64,000 nt of DNA from Alphaproteobacteria bacterium (GTDB lineage: Bacteria; Pseudomonadota; Alphaproteobacteria; MPNO01; UBA830): NCBI GenBank assembly GCA_965221485.1, contig OZ244893.1:1995529-2059528 (forward strand), read 5' to 3'. Every line of letters begins with the position of its first letter. Positions within the stretch are counted from its first letter, which is position 1. The position numbers and the translations under genes were made by a program. Shown here in pieces: positions 18,905 to 28,612 of this stretch. Below the pieces are notes generated by a model that saw only the letters and a list, made by a program, of their open reading frames with translations, was not told the origin of the DNA and did no database searches.

Positions 18905-19585
18905 CTGGCATTACATCAACACTCTAGCGGTGGCTGCAGCTTTCCTCCAGATAAACGATTTTTTCGCATTCTCAAGACGTGGATCGCAGGATTTCTGGTT
19001 GCCCTGGCGATTTTGATGACAGCCAACCCTGCCCACCCCAAACGGTTGCTGGTCATGGGCGACAGTCTCGTATCCGGTTACGGACTTCCGAACGAGGACA
19101 GTTTCATCAGGCGCCTCGAGGGTGCCCTTCTGGAAAGCGGACTAGCGGTCACAGTACTGGACGGCGGCGTGTCCGGAGATACCACCGCCGGTGGATTGGC
19201 CCGTGTCGCCTGGAGTCTGGCCGACAAACCAACCCATGCGCTGGTCGAACTTGGCGCCAACGACGCACTTCGGGCCATTTCACCGGAAACCACCCGGAAC
19301 AATCTCGACAGGATTCTCTCGGCTTTTGAGAATGCCGGTGTGAAGGTTCTGCTTGCGGGTATGTACGCACCGCCGAATCTGGGGAAAACCTATGCAAACG
19401 CTTTCCGGCGCCTCTATCCTGAGCTCGCCAGCAAGTACCGGATCGAACTGTACCCGTTCTTTCTTGACGGTGTGGCAACAGTACCGACACTGAACCAGCC
19501 TGATGGCATTCACCCCAATGCTGAAGGCGTTGCCGTGATTGTGGACAGAATTCTCCCTTACGTAATCCGCCTTCTGAATCAATAA
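18905..19585 (+). CDS. tesA: SGNH/GDSL arylesterase-thioesterase (TesA-like)
   Basis: GDSL block LLVMGDSLVSGYG, GxND (LGANDALR) and the DGIHPN catalytic His block. It is divergent from ybbA, as in E. coli tesA–ybbA–ybbP. The start is uncertain. The hydrophobic signal-like segment (RILKTWIAGFLVALAILMTA) has no canonical in-frame start before the ATG at 19016, so the 5' coordinate is approximate. Confidence 0.7.
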   Translation: MALHQHSSGGCSFPPDKRFFRILKTWIAGFLVALAILMTANPAHPKRLLVMGDSLVSGYGLPNEDSFIRRLEGALLESGLAVTVLDGGVSGDTTAGGLARVAWSLADKPTHALVELGANDALRAISPETTRNNLDRILSAFENAGVKVLLAGMYAPPNLGKTYANAFRRLYPELASKYRIELYPFFLDGVATVPTLNQPDGIHPNAEGVAVIVDRILPYVIRLLNQ

Positions 19586-19604
19586 GTCCGGGACAAGGAG
19601 ACAC

Positions 19605-20726
19605 ATGACAGAAACCTTCAGGTTCGGCCACGCCGCCGGCTCCGAATGGACAACATTGACAGATCGCTGCCTCGAACAGATTGGCGAGCCGCCACCCGGG
19701 GCCAACATCGGCTTTGTCTACGTGACGGACATGATCGACGAAGAGTTTCCACAGATCTTCAACCGTCTCCGCAGCCGGACCGGTGTTGAGCACTGGTTCG
19801 GGACCGTCGGAATGGGGGTCATGGTTGGCGGCCAGGAATATTTCGGCGAACCCGCCATGGCAGCAATGGTAGGCAGCCTTCCTGAAGACAGCTTCCGGAT
19901 CCTTCCGACGGTCGAACGGCCCGGAGATGTGCTTCCGCAAGCCGTGAGTGAATGGTCCGCCGAGACCCGACCAAAACTCGGAATCGTCCATGCAGACCCG
20001 CGCAACGCCTATGTCGCGGATATTCTCCATTCCGTATCCGACGACACAGATGCCGTCCTGGTTGGCGGCCTCTCTGCCTCGCGCGGCCGCCAGACCCAGA
20101 TTGCAGGCAATCTGACAGAGGGTGGGATTTCGGGCGTCCTGCTGTCGGGAAAGGTTCTTGAGAGCCACGGCCTGAGCCAGGGATGCAAACCGATCGGCAA
20201 GATCCACGAGGTCACCGAGGCCCGGGACAACGTCCTGATCCATCTTGACGGCCGCCCGGCGCTGAGGGTTTTCCGGGAAGACATCGGCATCGCGCCTTCA
20301 GACAATCTCCCGCCCGACCTGGGAAGCTTTCACGCAGCCTTTCCGATCGCTGGCGGCGAGGGACGTGACTACCTGGTGCGCAATCTGACCGGAATCGGGG
20401 TGAAGGACGAAATCATGGCAATCGGGGCACGCGTCTCGCCCGGTGACCGTCTGATGTTCGTTCGCCGCGACCGGGTCTCCGCTCTGGAAGATCTCGAGCG
20501 CATGCTGGAGGACGTGACCGCCCGGTCAGAGAGACCTCCCCGATCGGCTCTCTATTTTTCGTGCGTGGCCCGCGGACCCAATCTCTTCGGTCCGGGTTCG
20601 CAAGAGCTCACGACAGTCCAGAATGCGTTGGGAGATGATGTTCCCGTCATCGGCTTCTTTGCCAACGGTGAAATTTGCGATAACCGCCTGTACGGCTATA
20701 CCGGGGTGCTCACGGTGCTGTACTGA
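19605..20726 (+). CDS. FIST-domain (FIST-N + FIST-C) sensory protein
   Basis: 373 aa with FIST_C-like C-terminal features (GFFANGEI...G). A GGAG RBS precedes the ATG at 19605. Confidence 0.65.
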   Translation: MTETFRFGHAAGSEWTTLTDRCLEQIGEPPPGANIGFVYVTDMIDEEFPQIFNRLRSRTGVEHWFGTVGMGVMVGGQEYFGEPAMAAMVGSLPEDSFRILPTVERPGDVLPQAVSEWSAETRPKLGIVHADPRNAYVADILHSVSDDTDAVLVGGLSASRGRQTQIAGNLTEGGISGVLLSGKVLESHGLSQGCKPIGKIHEVTEARDNVLIHLDGRPALRVFREDIGIAPSDNLPPDLGSFHAAFPIAGGEGRDYLVRNLTGIGVKDEIMAIGARVSPGDRLMFVRRDRVSALEDLERMLEDVTARSERPPRSALYFSCVARGPNLFGPGSQELTTVQNALGDDVPVIGFFANGEICDNRLYGYTGVLTVLY

Positions 20727-20776
20727 CCCGTGCCTGTCCGGCCGCTGCCGGTCGCAGGTTCGAACAATGGTGAATC

Positions 20777-21316
20777 ATGATTCGTCTGTTTACTGCCCTG
20801 TCCCTACCTCAGGATGTGCGCGTCCGCCTGGGGCTTCTCGCAGGAGGAATTCGCGGTGCCCGCTGGGTTGCCGAAGACTCGTTTCATATCACTCTGAGAT
20901 TTATCGGCAATGTTGCCGAGAACCGCCTCGATGACATCGTCGAATCCCTCCGCGATGTCGGGAACCCGGCCCTTTCCATACAGTTGTCCGGCGCCGGGCA
21001 TTTCGGCGGGAAGAAACCTCGAGCCGTATGGATCGGGGTCCGCAAGTCGGAAGCCCTGATGGCGCTCCACGACAAGATCGATCGTCGACTGGTCAGCTGC
21101 GGCCTGCAACCTGACGGTCGAAAATACGCTCCTCATGTGACAATCGCCCGTCTGGGCAATCCCTCCCGTGCCGATGTTCAGTCGTGGATCGAGCACAACG
21201 GGACATTCGGCACCCCTCCCTTTACGGCCTCAAGTTTCATTCTCTACCAGAGCCATCTGGGGAAATCGGGACCTGTCTACGCACCGGTGAGCGAATTTTC
21301 CCTGGAGTCACAGTGA
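20777..21316 (+). CDS. thpR: RNA 2',3'-cyclic phosphodiesterase (2H phosphoesterase, ThpR/LigT)
   Basis: Two HxT/S motifs (HITLRF and HVTIAR) are spaced as in LigT. Length is 179 aa. Confidence 0.85.
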   Translation: MIRLFTALSLPQDVRVRLGLLAGGIRGARWVAEDSFHITLRFIGNVAENRLDDIVESLRDVGNPALSIQLSGAGHFGGKKPRAVWIGVRKSEALMALHDKIDRRLVSCGLQPDGRKYAPHVTIARLGNPSRADVQSWIEHNGTFGTPPFTASSFILYQSHLGKSGPVYAPVSEFSLESQ

Positions 21317-21529
21317 CCGCGATTCCCTTGTCCCTGTCCATGCATAACCAGCTGTTTGGCACAGCCCGGTGCTTTTCCTTTCCCTGGCGACCGGAGCCAT
21401 TGTTGGAAGGCGAGCATGCGCCAATAACACTCGGGACCGCAGCGAGGGAACGGTGCCGATTCCGGTCACGCGTCATGTCCGGCCGGCTGGCGTGGTCTTC
21501 ACTGATCTGAACCGTCCCGACGACGGGGT

Positions 21530-22561
21530 ATGAAAGGAATTATTGAAATGAACCAGGCTATCGTTCTCAAGTCCTATCCTGTTGGTGCACCGGGCCCCGA
21601 GCACTTTGAGCTGAGAGAGTCCGCTGTGTCCGACCCGCTGCCCGGTCAGTTGCGGGTGCGCTCGATTTATCTGAGTGTCGATCCCTACATGAGGGGTCGA
21701 TTGCGTCCCGGCCCTTCCTATGCAGAACCCCAGAAGATCGGTGCGGTCATGGTCGGCGAGGTCGCAGGTCAGGTCGAAGCCTCCGACGTACCCGAATTCC
21801 CGGTGGGAAGCTTCGTGGCCGCCCCGGTCGGCTGGCAAACCCACGGCATTGTCGACCAGCGGGATGTTCGCAGGCTTGATCCGGGCGAAGTCCCGATCTC
21901 GACATCACTCGGTGTGACCGGAATGCCCGGCCTGACAGCATATTTCGGAACCCTTGATGTTCTGGGTCCCAGACCGGGAGACACATTGGTGGTCAATGCC
22001 GCCTCGGGCGCTGTCGGAAGCGTCGTCGGACAGATTGGCAGAATCGCCGGGTGTCGTGTCATCGGTATCGCGGGAAGTGATGAAAAATGTGACTTCCTGA
22101 CCCGTGAACTCGGCTTCGATGCTGCCATCAACCACCGGCTGACAGGGGATATGACCGCGGCGCTTCGCGAGACATGTCCCGACGGCATCGATTGTTACTT
22201 CGACAATGTCGGCGGTCCGATCACGGATGCAGCGATCGAAAACCTTGCAATGTGGGCCCGGATAGCCGTTTGTGGCCAGATCGCCCAGTATAACGACACG
22301 GACATCGCGATGGGCCCCCGCAATCTGCGCCAGTTTCTCGTCAAGCGCGCTACCCTTCGAGGACTTCTGGTGTTTGACTGGCAATCCCGCTATCCGGAGG
22401 GGAGAAAACGCCTGATCCAATGGGTCAGGGAGGGTGCGATCAGGTATCGCGAAGACATCGTTGACGGCCTCGCGAATGCTCCTGCAACTCTGGCCGGTCT
22501 GATGGAAGGTCGAAACTTCGGCAAGCAACTCGTCAGGATTGGCACTGATCCCACCTGCTGA
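21530..22561 (+). CDS. NADP-dependent oxidoreductase, medium-chain dehydrogenase/reductase family (CurA/YncB-like)
   Basis: The Rossmann motif AASGAVGSVVGQIGRIAGCRVIGIAGS and an N-terminal GroES-like fold are present. The likely true start is the ATG at 21548 (MNQAIVLK). Confidence 0.8.
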   Translation: MKGIIEMNQAIVLKSYPVGAPGPEHFELRESAVSDPLPGQLRVRSIYLSVDPYMRGRLRPGPSYAEPQKIGAVMVGEVAGQVEASDVPEFPVGSFVAAPVGWQTHGIVDQRDVRRLDPGEVPISTSLGVTGMPGLTAYFGTLDVLGPRPGDTLVVNAASGAVGSVVGQIGRIAGCRVIGIAGSDEKCDFLTRELGFDAAINHRLTGDMTAALRETCPDGIDCYFDNVGGPITDAAIENLAMWARIAVCGQIAQYNDTDIAMGPRNLRQFLVKRATLRGLLVFDWQSRYPEGRKRLIQWVREGAIRYREDIVDGLANAPATLAGLMEGRNFGKQLVRIGTDPTC

Positions 22562-22960
22562 CACCGCCTGATATCACCGTTCGAAGTCCGGCGACATTAT
22601 TGGGAAGACAGCAGACTGTTCGGAAATCTGTTGATTGTGACTGAATTCGAGGGTCTATTGTGGGAGACGCTTGCCCGTTGGTCTCTGCCCGCTTGACACG
22701 TGACGTAACCCGGTCCGATCGTTGTCGCGACGAGGACATGAGATCCTGAATCCACGGCGATGTCGCCTCGGGTTCCCGTATACCCGATCCCGCGCCCGAA
22801 CCCGGCGAGCCGCCCCGCCTTCCGCCGGAGTGCTTGAAACCGGGCACCGATTGCAGGGTCCGGCTGCACGATCCGGACTCCGGATTTGCCTCTGCTACGC
22901 GCCGTTTCGCCACAGCGTTCCAGAGCCCGTGACGCATCCGGATGGGGGCAACAAGAGCGA

Positions 22961-23749
22961 TTATTCGCAAACAACACCGTCGCGGTCGCCATCATTCATG
23001 AAGGGATAGGCGGGATGGCTTCGGTCAACCGGCGCAATGCCATGGCGTCGTGCCTCCCGGCAGGTGATCCGTCCATTGCCGTTGTCATCCCAAAGGCGCA
23101 ACGGGTCTTCGACTTGCCGGGATTTCTGCTGTTGGGGGAGCCCGGACGGCCCACGCTTGCTGCCGTTATCCATGAAAACCATATCGGTTGACGTGCAGTT
23201 CGAAAGGACACGTTCCAGCGTTCTCGCTTCTGCACGATCCACAGTGAGGCGATACTTTCGCTTGACGGAAACAACGCGGGCGGCAAACCAGCACCGGTTC
23301 AATTGCGGAAGCCAGCGGGCTGCATCATGGCCGCACTTTCCTCCGGGACCGCAGCGGTTCACCTCGGGGGATGCCAGTGTCAGATTGAGGAGATCTTCAG
23401 AGAAGCGCGCGCGAGCCCCTGCGCCAGCAGCGCAGAGACCACTGTCATGAGCCTCGGAAATGGCCACAATGTGATCAATGTCGGTCTGTCTCGTGCTGTG
23501 AAACGTGCGTCCCGTGTAAGGGCCGTAAATCCGATGCCCCATGGCCGCAACGATCCTGTGTTCAATGGACCGCGGGTAAGGGTAGTCTCCGCGGTTGTAG
23601 GGTGAACAACGGTGCTCCGGAGTGACCTCGAGACCGCGCCAGAATTCCCTTTCCTCTGCAGAGGACGGGCTTCCTGTGAGCGGTGCGGTGAGCGCAATGG
23701 CAACACTCAGGGTTCCCGGAATGGACCATCGGGCAATAAAACGGATCAC
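22961..23749 (-). CDS. Secreted HNH-type nuclease (DUF1524/GmrSD C-terminal-domain-like) with a C-terminal Excalibur calcium-binding domain
   Basis: Signal peptide MIRFIARWSIPGTLSVAIALTAPLTG. The DUF1524 HNH core is TDIDHIVAISEAHDSG. The C-terminus DDNGNGRITCREARRHGIAPV...NDGDRDGVVCE matches the Excalibur DxDxDGxxCE motif. Confidence 0.65.
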   Translation of the reverse strand: MIRFIARWSIPGTLSVAIALTAPLTGSPSSAEEREFWRGLEVTPEHRCSPYNRGDYPYPRSIEHRIVAAMGHRIYGPYTGRTFHSTRQTDIDHIVAISEAHDSGLCAAGAGARARFSEDLLNLTLASPEVNRCGPGGKCGHDAARWLPQLNRCWFAARVVSVKRKYRLTVDRAEARTLERVLSNCTSTDMVFMDNGSKRGPSGLPQQQKSRQVEDPLRLWDDNGNGRITCREARRHGIAPVDRSHPAYPFMNDGDRDGVVCE

Positions 23750-23960
23750 CGGCCCTTGCTCCTTGTCCGATCTGGTGGCCGTAACGGCCTTCGGGGAACA
23801 GAACGCTTCGGACGACTCCCCCCTGGCGTCTCCCTGGTCGCGTCACCACCCTGGAATCTGCGCCCCGGACATTCAGGAAAGCCGACAGAAGGTCCGCCTT
23901 CTGCATTCACATGGCAGGTTCCCGCGAAGTCCTGTCAAGATCCCCGATCAGCTGTGGTTG

Positions 23961-24569
23961 TCAACCCGAGGGGCGAGATCCGGAAAAGAACGGGTATTCG
24001 GAATTGAACCGGTCCAGCCAGGGAACAAGACCGGAATGCCGTGAGCGCCATTCATACGGTTGGCGGAAGTCGAGATACTCAAGCGCGCAAGCAAGGCCTA
24101 TGGCGCCAACGTCGACCGGAGAGATCGCAGGCGGCGATGCTCCCAGCGCGTCCAGCGCTCGTTCAATCTTGTCGCGCTGGAATGCAAGCCACGGTACATA
24201 GGGATCCTGGTCCGGCCTATACCGCCCCTCGTAAACCACCAGAAGGGCAGCCTCAAGAATTCCGTCACTTATGGCAGCCTGTCTCAGAGCCTCGAACCTG
24301 GCGGTTTCCTCAACAGGAATAATTCGATTTCCACCAGCCAGATGATCGAGAAATTCGAGAATCACGCGGCTGTCTGAAAGGATCCTGCCATCCTGCAACT
24401 CAAGAACCGGAATTTTGGCAAGTGGATTGAGCGCACGCAGACGGTCTTCGTCATCGGCAATCTGGATTCGCATGGAGTCAGCCATCCCGAGATGCTCGAC
24501 AGCGAACAGCACCTTGCGCCCGAACGGCGACGGGAGACGGGTGACAAGTGTAAATCGCATGACCATCAC
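23961..24569 (-). CDS. Glutathione S-transferase family protein
   Basis: Thioredoxin-like N-domain (LPSPFGRKV...IPVLE) and a helical C-domain. It overlaps the cysK-like gene start by 4 nt. Confidence 0.7.
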   Translation of the reverse strand: MMVMRFTLVTRLPSPFGRKVLFAVEHLGMADSMRIQIADDEDRLRALNPLAKIPVLELQDGRILSDSRVILEFLDHLAGGNRIIPVEETARFEALRQAAISDGILEAALLVVYEGRYRPDQDPYVPWLAFQRDKIERALDALGASPPAISPVDVGAIGLACALEYLDFRQPYEWRSRHSGLVPWLDRFNSEYPFFSGSRPSG

Positions 24570-25564
24570 ATCCAGTCGGGAACCGGCAACTGCTTGTCTC
24601 GCAGGAAATCCGGGCTAAAGAGTTTGGACTGGTAGCGCTGGCCCCCGTCGCACAATATGGTGACGATTGTATGGCCCGGACCCAGTTCGCGCGCCAGCCG
24701 GATTGCACCAGCAACATTGATGCCTGACGATCCACCCAGACAGAGACCTTCCTGTTTCAGAAGATCAAACAGCACCGGCAGGGCTTCGGAATCGGGGATG
24801 CGAAATGGGACATCAACTTGGGCTTCCGCCACATTGCCAGTCACCCGTCCCTGGCCAATGCCCTCGGTGATCGAGGAGCCTTCGCTCTTCAGCTCTCCGC
24901 TCCTGTAATATTCATACATGGCTGCGCCATCCGGATCGGCCAGCCCGATCCGGATATCCGGATTGGCTTCCTTCAGGAATGTTGAAACGCCGGCAAGCGT
25001 TCCACCCGTCCCCATCGCGCAAATAAAGCCGTCAAGTTTACCGTCCGTCTGCTCCCAGATCTCCGGACCGGTCGACCGGTAATGGCCCCGCCAGTTGGAC
25101 GGGTTGTCCCACTGATTGGCCCACCATGCCCCCTCGGGCTCACGTCTGGAAAGATCTTCGGCCACACGTTCCGACACCCGGACATAGTTTCCGGGATCCC
25201 GGTAAGGCTTGGCCGGGACCGGCATGAGTTCGGCGCCGCACAGCCGCAACATATCCATTTTTTCCTGGCTCTGGGTCTCCGGGATTACAATGACAGTCCG
25301 GTAACCCCGGGCATTCGCAACGAGCGCCAGACCAATTCCCGTGTTTCCGGCCGTACCTTCCACAATGACTCCGCCCGGTCGGATCAGGCCCTTCTCCTCG
25401 GCGTCCAGGATCATGTAAAGCGCTGCCCGATCCTTCACCGATCCCCCGGGATTGAGAAACTCGGCCTTGCCATAAATTTCACAACCCGTGATCTCGGAGG
25501 GCTTTCGGAGCCTGATCAGCGGAGTCTTGCCGACGGTCCCGAGAAAACCATCCCGAATATCCAT
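24566..25564 (-). CDS. cysK: Cysteine synthase / O-acetylserine sulfhydrylase family PLP enzyme
   Basis: PLP-Lys block GSVKDRAA plus the EGTAGNTGIGLA and GTGGT motifs. It lies immediately downstream of cysE. Confidence 0.8.
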   Translation of the reverse strand: MDIRDGFLGTVGKTPLIRLRKPSEITGCEIYGKAEFLNPGGSVKDRAALYMILDAEEKGLIRPGGVIVEGTAGNTGIGLALVANARGYRTVIVIPETQSQEKMDMLRLCGAELMPVPAKPYRDPGNYVRVSERVAEDLSRREPEGAWWANQWDNPSNWRGHYRSTGPEIWEQTDGKLDGFICAMGTGGTLAGVSTFLKEANPDIRIGLADPDGAAMYEYYRSGELKSEGSSITEGIGQGRVTGNVAEAQVDVPFRIPDSEALPVLFDLLKQEGLCLGGSSGINVAGAIRLARELGPGHTIVTILCDGGQRYQSKLFSPDFLRDKQLPVPDWM

Positions 25565-25579
25565 GTCTGCACAAATTCC

Positions 25580-26284
25580 CTATGGACGATCCGCAACACT
25601 GCTCCGTTCCTCGGGAACAGGCAAGTGGCCTTCGCGGTTTTCCACTTCATCGATCCGTGCCCGCAGCGACTGGACCTCAGCCATCATTCCTTCCAGCGCC
25701 CTGACGACGGGATCCGGAAGGTCACGGGCAGGAATACCGTAGGCCGCAAACGCATCGGCCGAAACGGGCCCCGATGCGGGGCGAGCCGGGATTCCGACCA
25801 TGGTGACTCCGGGCGGCACATCCTTGAGAACAACGGCATTTGCACCGATCAATGCCCCGTCCCCCACCGTGACAGGACCCAGCACCTGTGCACCGGCCCC
25901 GACGACCACGCCGTTGCCGATTGTGGGATGGCGTTTTTTCTTCTCAAGTGAAACACCACCCAATGTCACACCGTGATAAAGCGTGACATCGTCTCCCACC
26001 TCTGCCGTCTCGCCAATGACACAACCCATACCGTGATCAATGAACAGGCGGCGACCGAGTCTCGCGGCGGGATGAATTTCAATGCCTGTCAGGACCCGGC
26101 CCATATGCGAAACAAACCGCCCCGCGAGATGAAGTCTCGCGCGCCAGAGGCCATGCGCAATACGATAGAAAAGAAGCGCATGAAAGCCTGGATAACAAAC
26201 CACGGCCTCGAACCGGGAACGGGCCGCTGGATCTCTCTCCATGATCACACGGAGATCCTCGGCAACGTGCTCAAACCACCGCAT
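25580..26284 (-). CDS. cysE: Serine O-acetyltransferase
   Basis: The N-terminal helical SAT domain and hexapeptide LbH repeats ([21 protein letters not shown]...[15 protein letters not shown]) are present, with a C-terminal extension. Confidence 0.85.
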   Translation of the reverse strand: MRWFEHVAEDLRVIMERDPAARSRFEAVVCYPGFHALLFYRIAHGLWRARLHLAGRFVSHMGRVLTGIEIHPAARLGRRLFIDHGMGCVIGETAEVGDDVTLYHGVTLGGVSLEKKKRHPTIGNGVVVGAGAQVLGPVTVGDGALIGANAVVLKDVPPGVTMVGIPARPASGPVSADAFAAYGIPARDLPDPVVRALEGMMAEVQSLRARIDEVENREGHLPVPEERSSVADRP

Positions 26285-26314
26285 AGGCCAATCAAACCCC
26301 TTTACTTGTCAATC

Positions 26315-26344
26315 CGACATGGTGCCAAATGTCAGACATGTCAA
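26315..26344. promoter_or_regulatory. Clustered GACAT/ATGTC inverted-repeat half-sites upstream of cysE
   Basis: The sequence GACATggtgccaaATGTCaGACATGTC contains the palindrome GACATGTC and two 5-bp inverted arms. It lies 30–60 bp upstream of the cysE start, at the promoter-proximal end of a 460-bp ORF-free leader. Confidence 0.3.
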
Positions 26345-26743
26345 GTGGTTGGACGACAGCCGATACCTTGAAACCGGCCCCAAAGTCAAACAGGCCCGCT
26401 GCCGTGACGTCCGGCTCCGGCAGTATTCCTGTGATTGAATTCGCTGCGGAAACAGGAATCCCGCGACGGTTTCGCAAGGCTCCATCAAAGCCTTGCGGCC
26501 GGCCGGATGGCAGGGATGGTCGGACAAGACCTGCCTGATGTGCCGTCCGGAACTCACTGCCGTCCCTGAAATTTATGATCCCGGCAGTGTCGCAGGCCGG
26601 CACAGGCCGAACATAGTTCGCGAGCAAGCCGTGAGGCGCCGTACTGGCCCGAACAGCAACGAAGTGGATCCGACACCTGCCGGAGCAACCGTTCTCTGGC
26701 ATAATCTTCGGAATTGTAACGCGAGAACAGCGCTGCGCCCGGG

Positions 26744-27346
26744 ATGACGATCACACTTGAAGCCCTGCTGAGCGATATCCGGGCCTGCACCCGTTGCGCC
26801 GACAGTCTCCCTCTGGGCCCAAGACCGGTTCTGCGGGGCAAGGCCTCGGCACGACTTCTGATCGTCGGCCAGGCACCAGGAATTCGCGTCCACAATTCGG
26901 GCATTCCCTGGAACGATCCGAGTGGCCGACGTCTCCGGCATTGGCTCGACCTCAGTGACGAGACGTTCTATGACGAGACCAGAATTGCTATTGCACCGAT
27001 CGGGTTCTGTTATCCCGGAACCATGAAAAATGGTGGTGACTGTCCACCGCGCCCAGAATGTGCCCCCTCCTGGCACCCGGCTCTGCAAGGGGCTCTCGTG
27101 AATATCGAACTGACACTTCTGGTCGGCTCATACGCACAGGCATGGTATCTGGGCAAGCGCCGCGGGCGCACAATGACCGACACAGTCCGCGCCTGGCGTA
27201 CCTATCTCCCCGAATACCTCCCTGTCCCGCATCCAAGCTGGCGTACGACCGGCTGGCAAAACCGGAATACCTGGTTTGACGACGAGCTCTTACCGGCGCT
27301 TCGGGACAGGCTCAAGCCACTTCTGGGACTCGTTCCGGATCCTTGA
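26744..27346 (+). CDS. Uracil-DNA glycosylase superfamily protein (family 4/5-like)
   Basis: N-terminal C...CTRC cysteine cluster, the LLIVGQAPG motif-A equivalent and the HPSW motif-B (HPS...). Confidence 0.7.
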   Translation: MTITLEALLSDIRACTRCADSLPLGPRPVLRGKASARLLIVGQAPGIRVHNSGIPWNDPSGRRLRHWLDLSDETFYDETRIAIAPIGFCYPGTMKNGGDCPPRPECAPSWHPALQGALVNIELTLLVGSYAQAWYLGKRRGRTMTDTVRAWRTYLPEYLPVPHPSWRTTGWQNRNTWFDDELLPALRDRLKPLLGLVPDP

Positions 27347-27639
27347 GAGCATCCTCTGCAACCGGGCCCTTTACAGATTGCAGCCCTGGTGCCCGCGCTG
27401 CGGTTGTCACTCCCGCCTGGTACAAACCACGTTCAATTCATGTCCTCCCGAGCAAGACCGGACCTGACTTGTTTGGGCACAGGGGAGTAACCGGAACCGC
27501 GTGGAGATGCCGATTGGGGCATCAGAACCTGCCCGATCCGTCAGCCCCATCATCTGTGAACCAGCCAATTCCGACTGTCGCCTGCCAGGCTTCACGGATC
27601 CATTTCATCCGGCGCCCGGTACGGGTCGATTCTGGGGTC

Positions 27640-28041
27640 TCATCCGCTCTCAATGGCTTCCATATCTTCGTCCGAAAGCCCGAAATGATGTCCGATTTCA
27701 TGGACAATGACGTGGCGAACCAGGTGGCTGAGATCTTCCTCGGTCTCACACCAGTAATCGAGTAGTGGTCGCCGATAAAGAAACACCATGTCAACCTCGG
27801 GAACGGCTCCGCCGTCCTTCACACCAATTGGTGTGCCCCGATAGAGACCCATGAGATCGAACGGACTCTGAAGAGCCATTTCCCGCTCGGTCGCCGTATC
27901 CGGAAAATCCTCGACCCGGAAAACGATTTCCTTTGTCAGGGATCGAAATGACGACGGAAGTTCCAGATAAGCCTGCCGCGCGATGGTCTCAATCTCGTCA
28001 AGAGTGGGAGCAGTGGTATGACGGGGCTGTGGAGACAACAT
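27640..28041 (-). CDS. Zincin-like metallopeptidase family protein (DUF1025-type)
   Basis: HEIGHHFGLSDEDM is a HExxH zinc site. Size is 133 aa. Confidence 0.7.
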   Translation of the reverse strand: MLSPQPRHTTAPTLDEIETIARQAYLELPSSFRSLTKEIVFRVEDFPDTATEREMALQSPFDLMGLYRGTPIGVKDGGAVPEVDMVFLYRRPLLDYWCETEEDLSHLVRHVIVHEIGHHFGLSDEDMEAIESG

Positions 28042-28612
28042 TGACTACCAGATCGAGCGGTCGATGGCGGCCGACCGGGTTTCGGCAAGACCTTTACAAT
28101 ACATGACCGGGTGACAGAGCGAAAATATTCTCCCGGAAACGCCCCCGCCGGTCCTTTCTTCTGTCCGGGGCCGAAGCTGCCTTTTTCCGAACCTCGCGGA
28201 AAGCACGAATCCAGGCAGGCCCCGATCCCCGGGCAAGATTCTTGCTCAGGAATAATGGTCACGAGGCCTGAAACCGTGCTGCAGCAGGCTTGCCAGCCAC
28301 CACTTCACGCGTCAGGAGGGGAAGACCAGTGCTGTGCGAGTCGGTCCAGCACCCGGGTGTTGTCAGTCAGCGGATTCGGGACAGGCTGCACACGCTCCGC
28401 CGGGCAGGACAACACATGCGACCCCACCCCATCGGGAAGAACATGGTACCGGACGGTATCCGAGGCCGCGCCCGTACCCGGCCTGCATGAATTGTCGCAT
28501 CCAGCCGGCCCGGAACCACGCTATACTGGCGTTGGCAGGCACCGGGCTGGACAGGGTTCGTGCCCGTCCCCGATGTGCAGGGAAAAGGCGTTCATCAACA
28601 GGAACGGGAGAA

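Noticed and set aside
20740-20780. Possible tRNA (GGTTCGAAC T-loop-like string near 20757)
   Set aside because: The string is not followed by the TCC/acceptor-stem complement. It lies in the 50-bp gap between the FIST and thpR genes, with no cloverleaf-compatible context.
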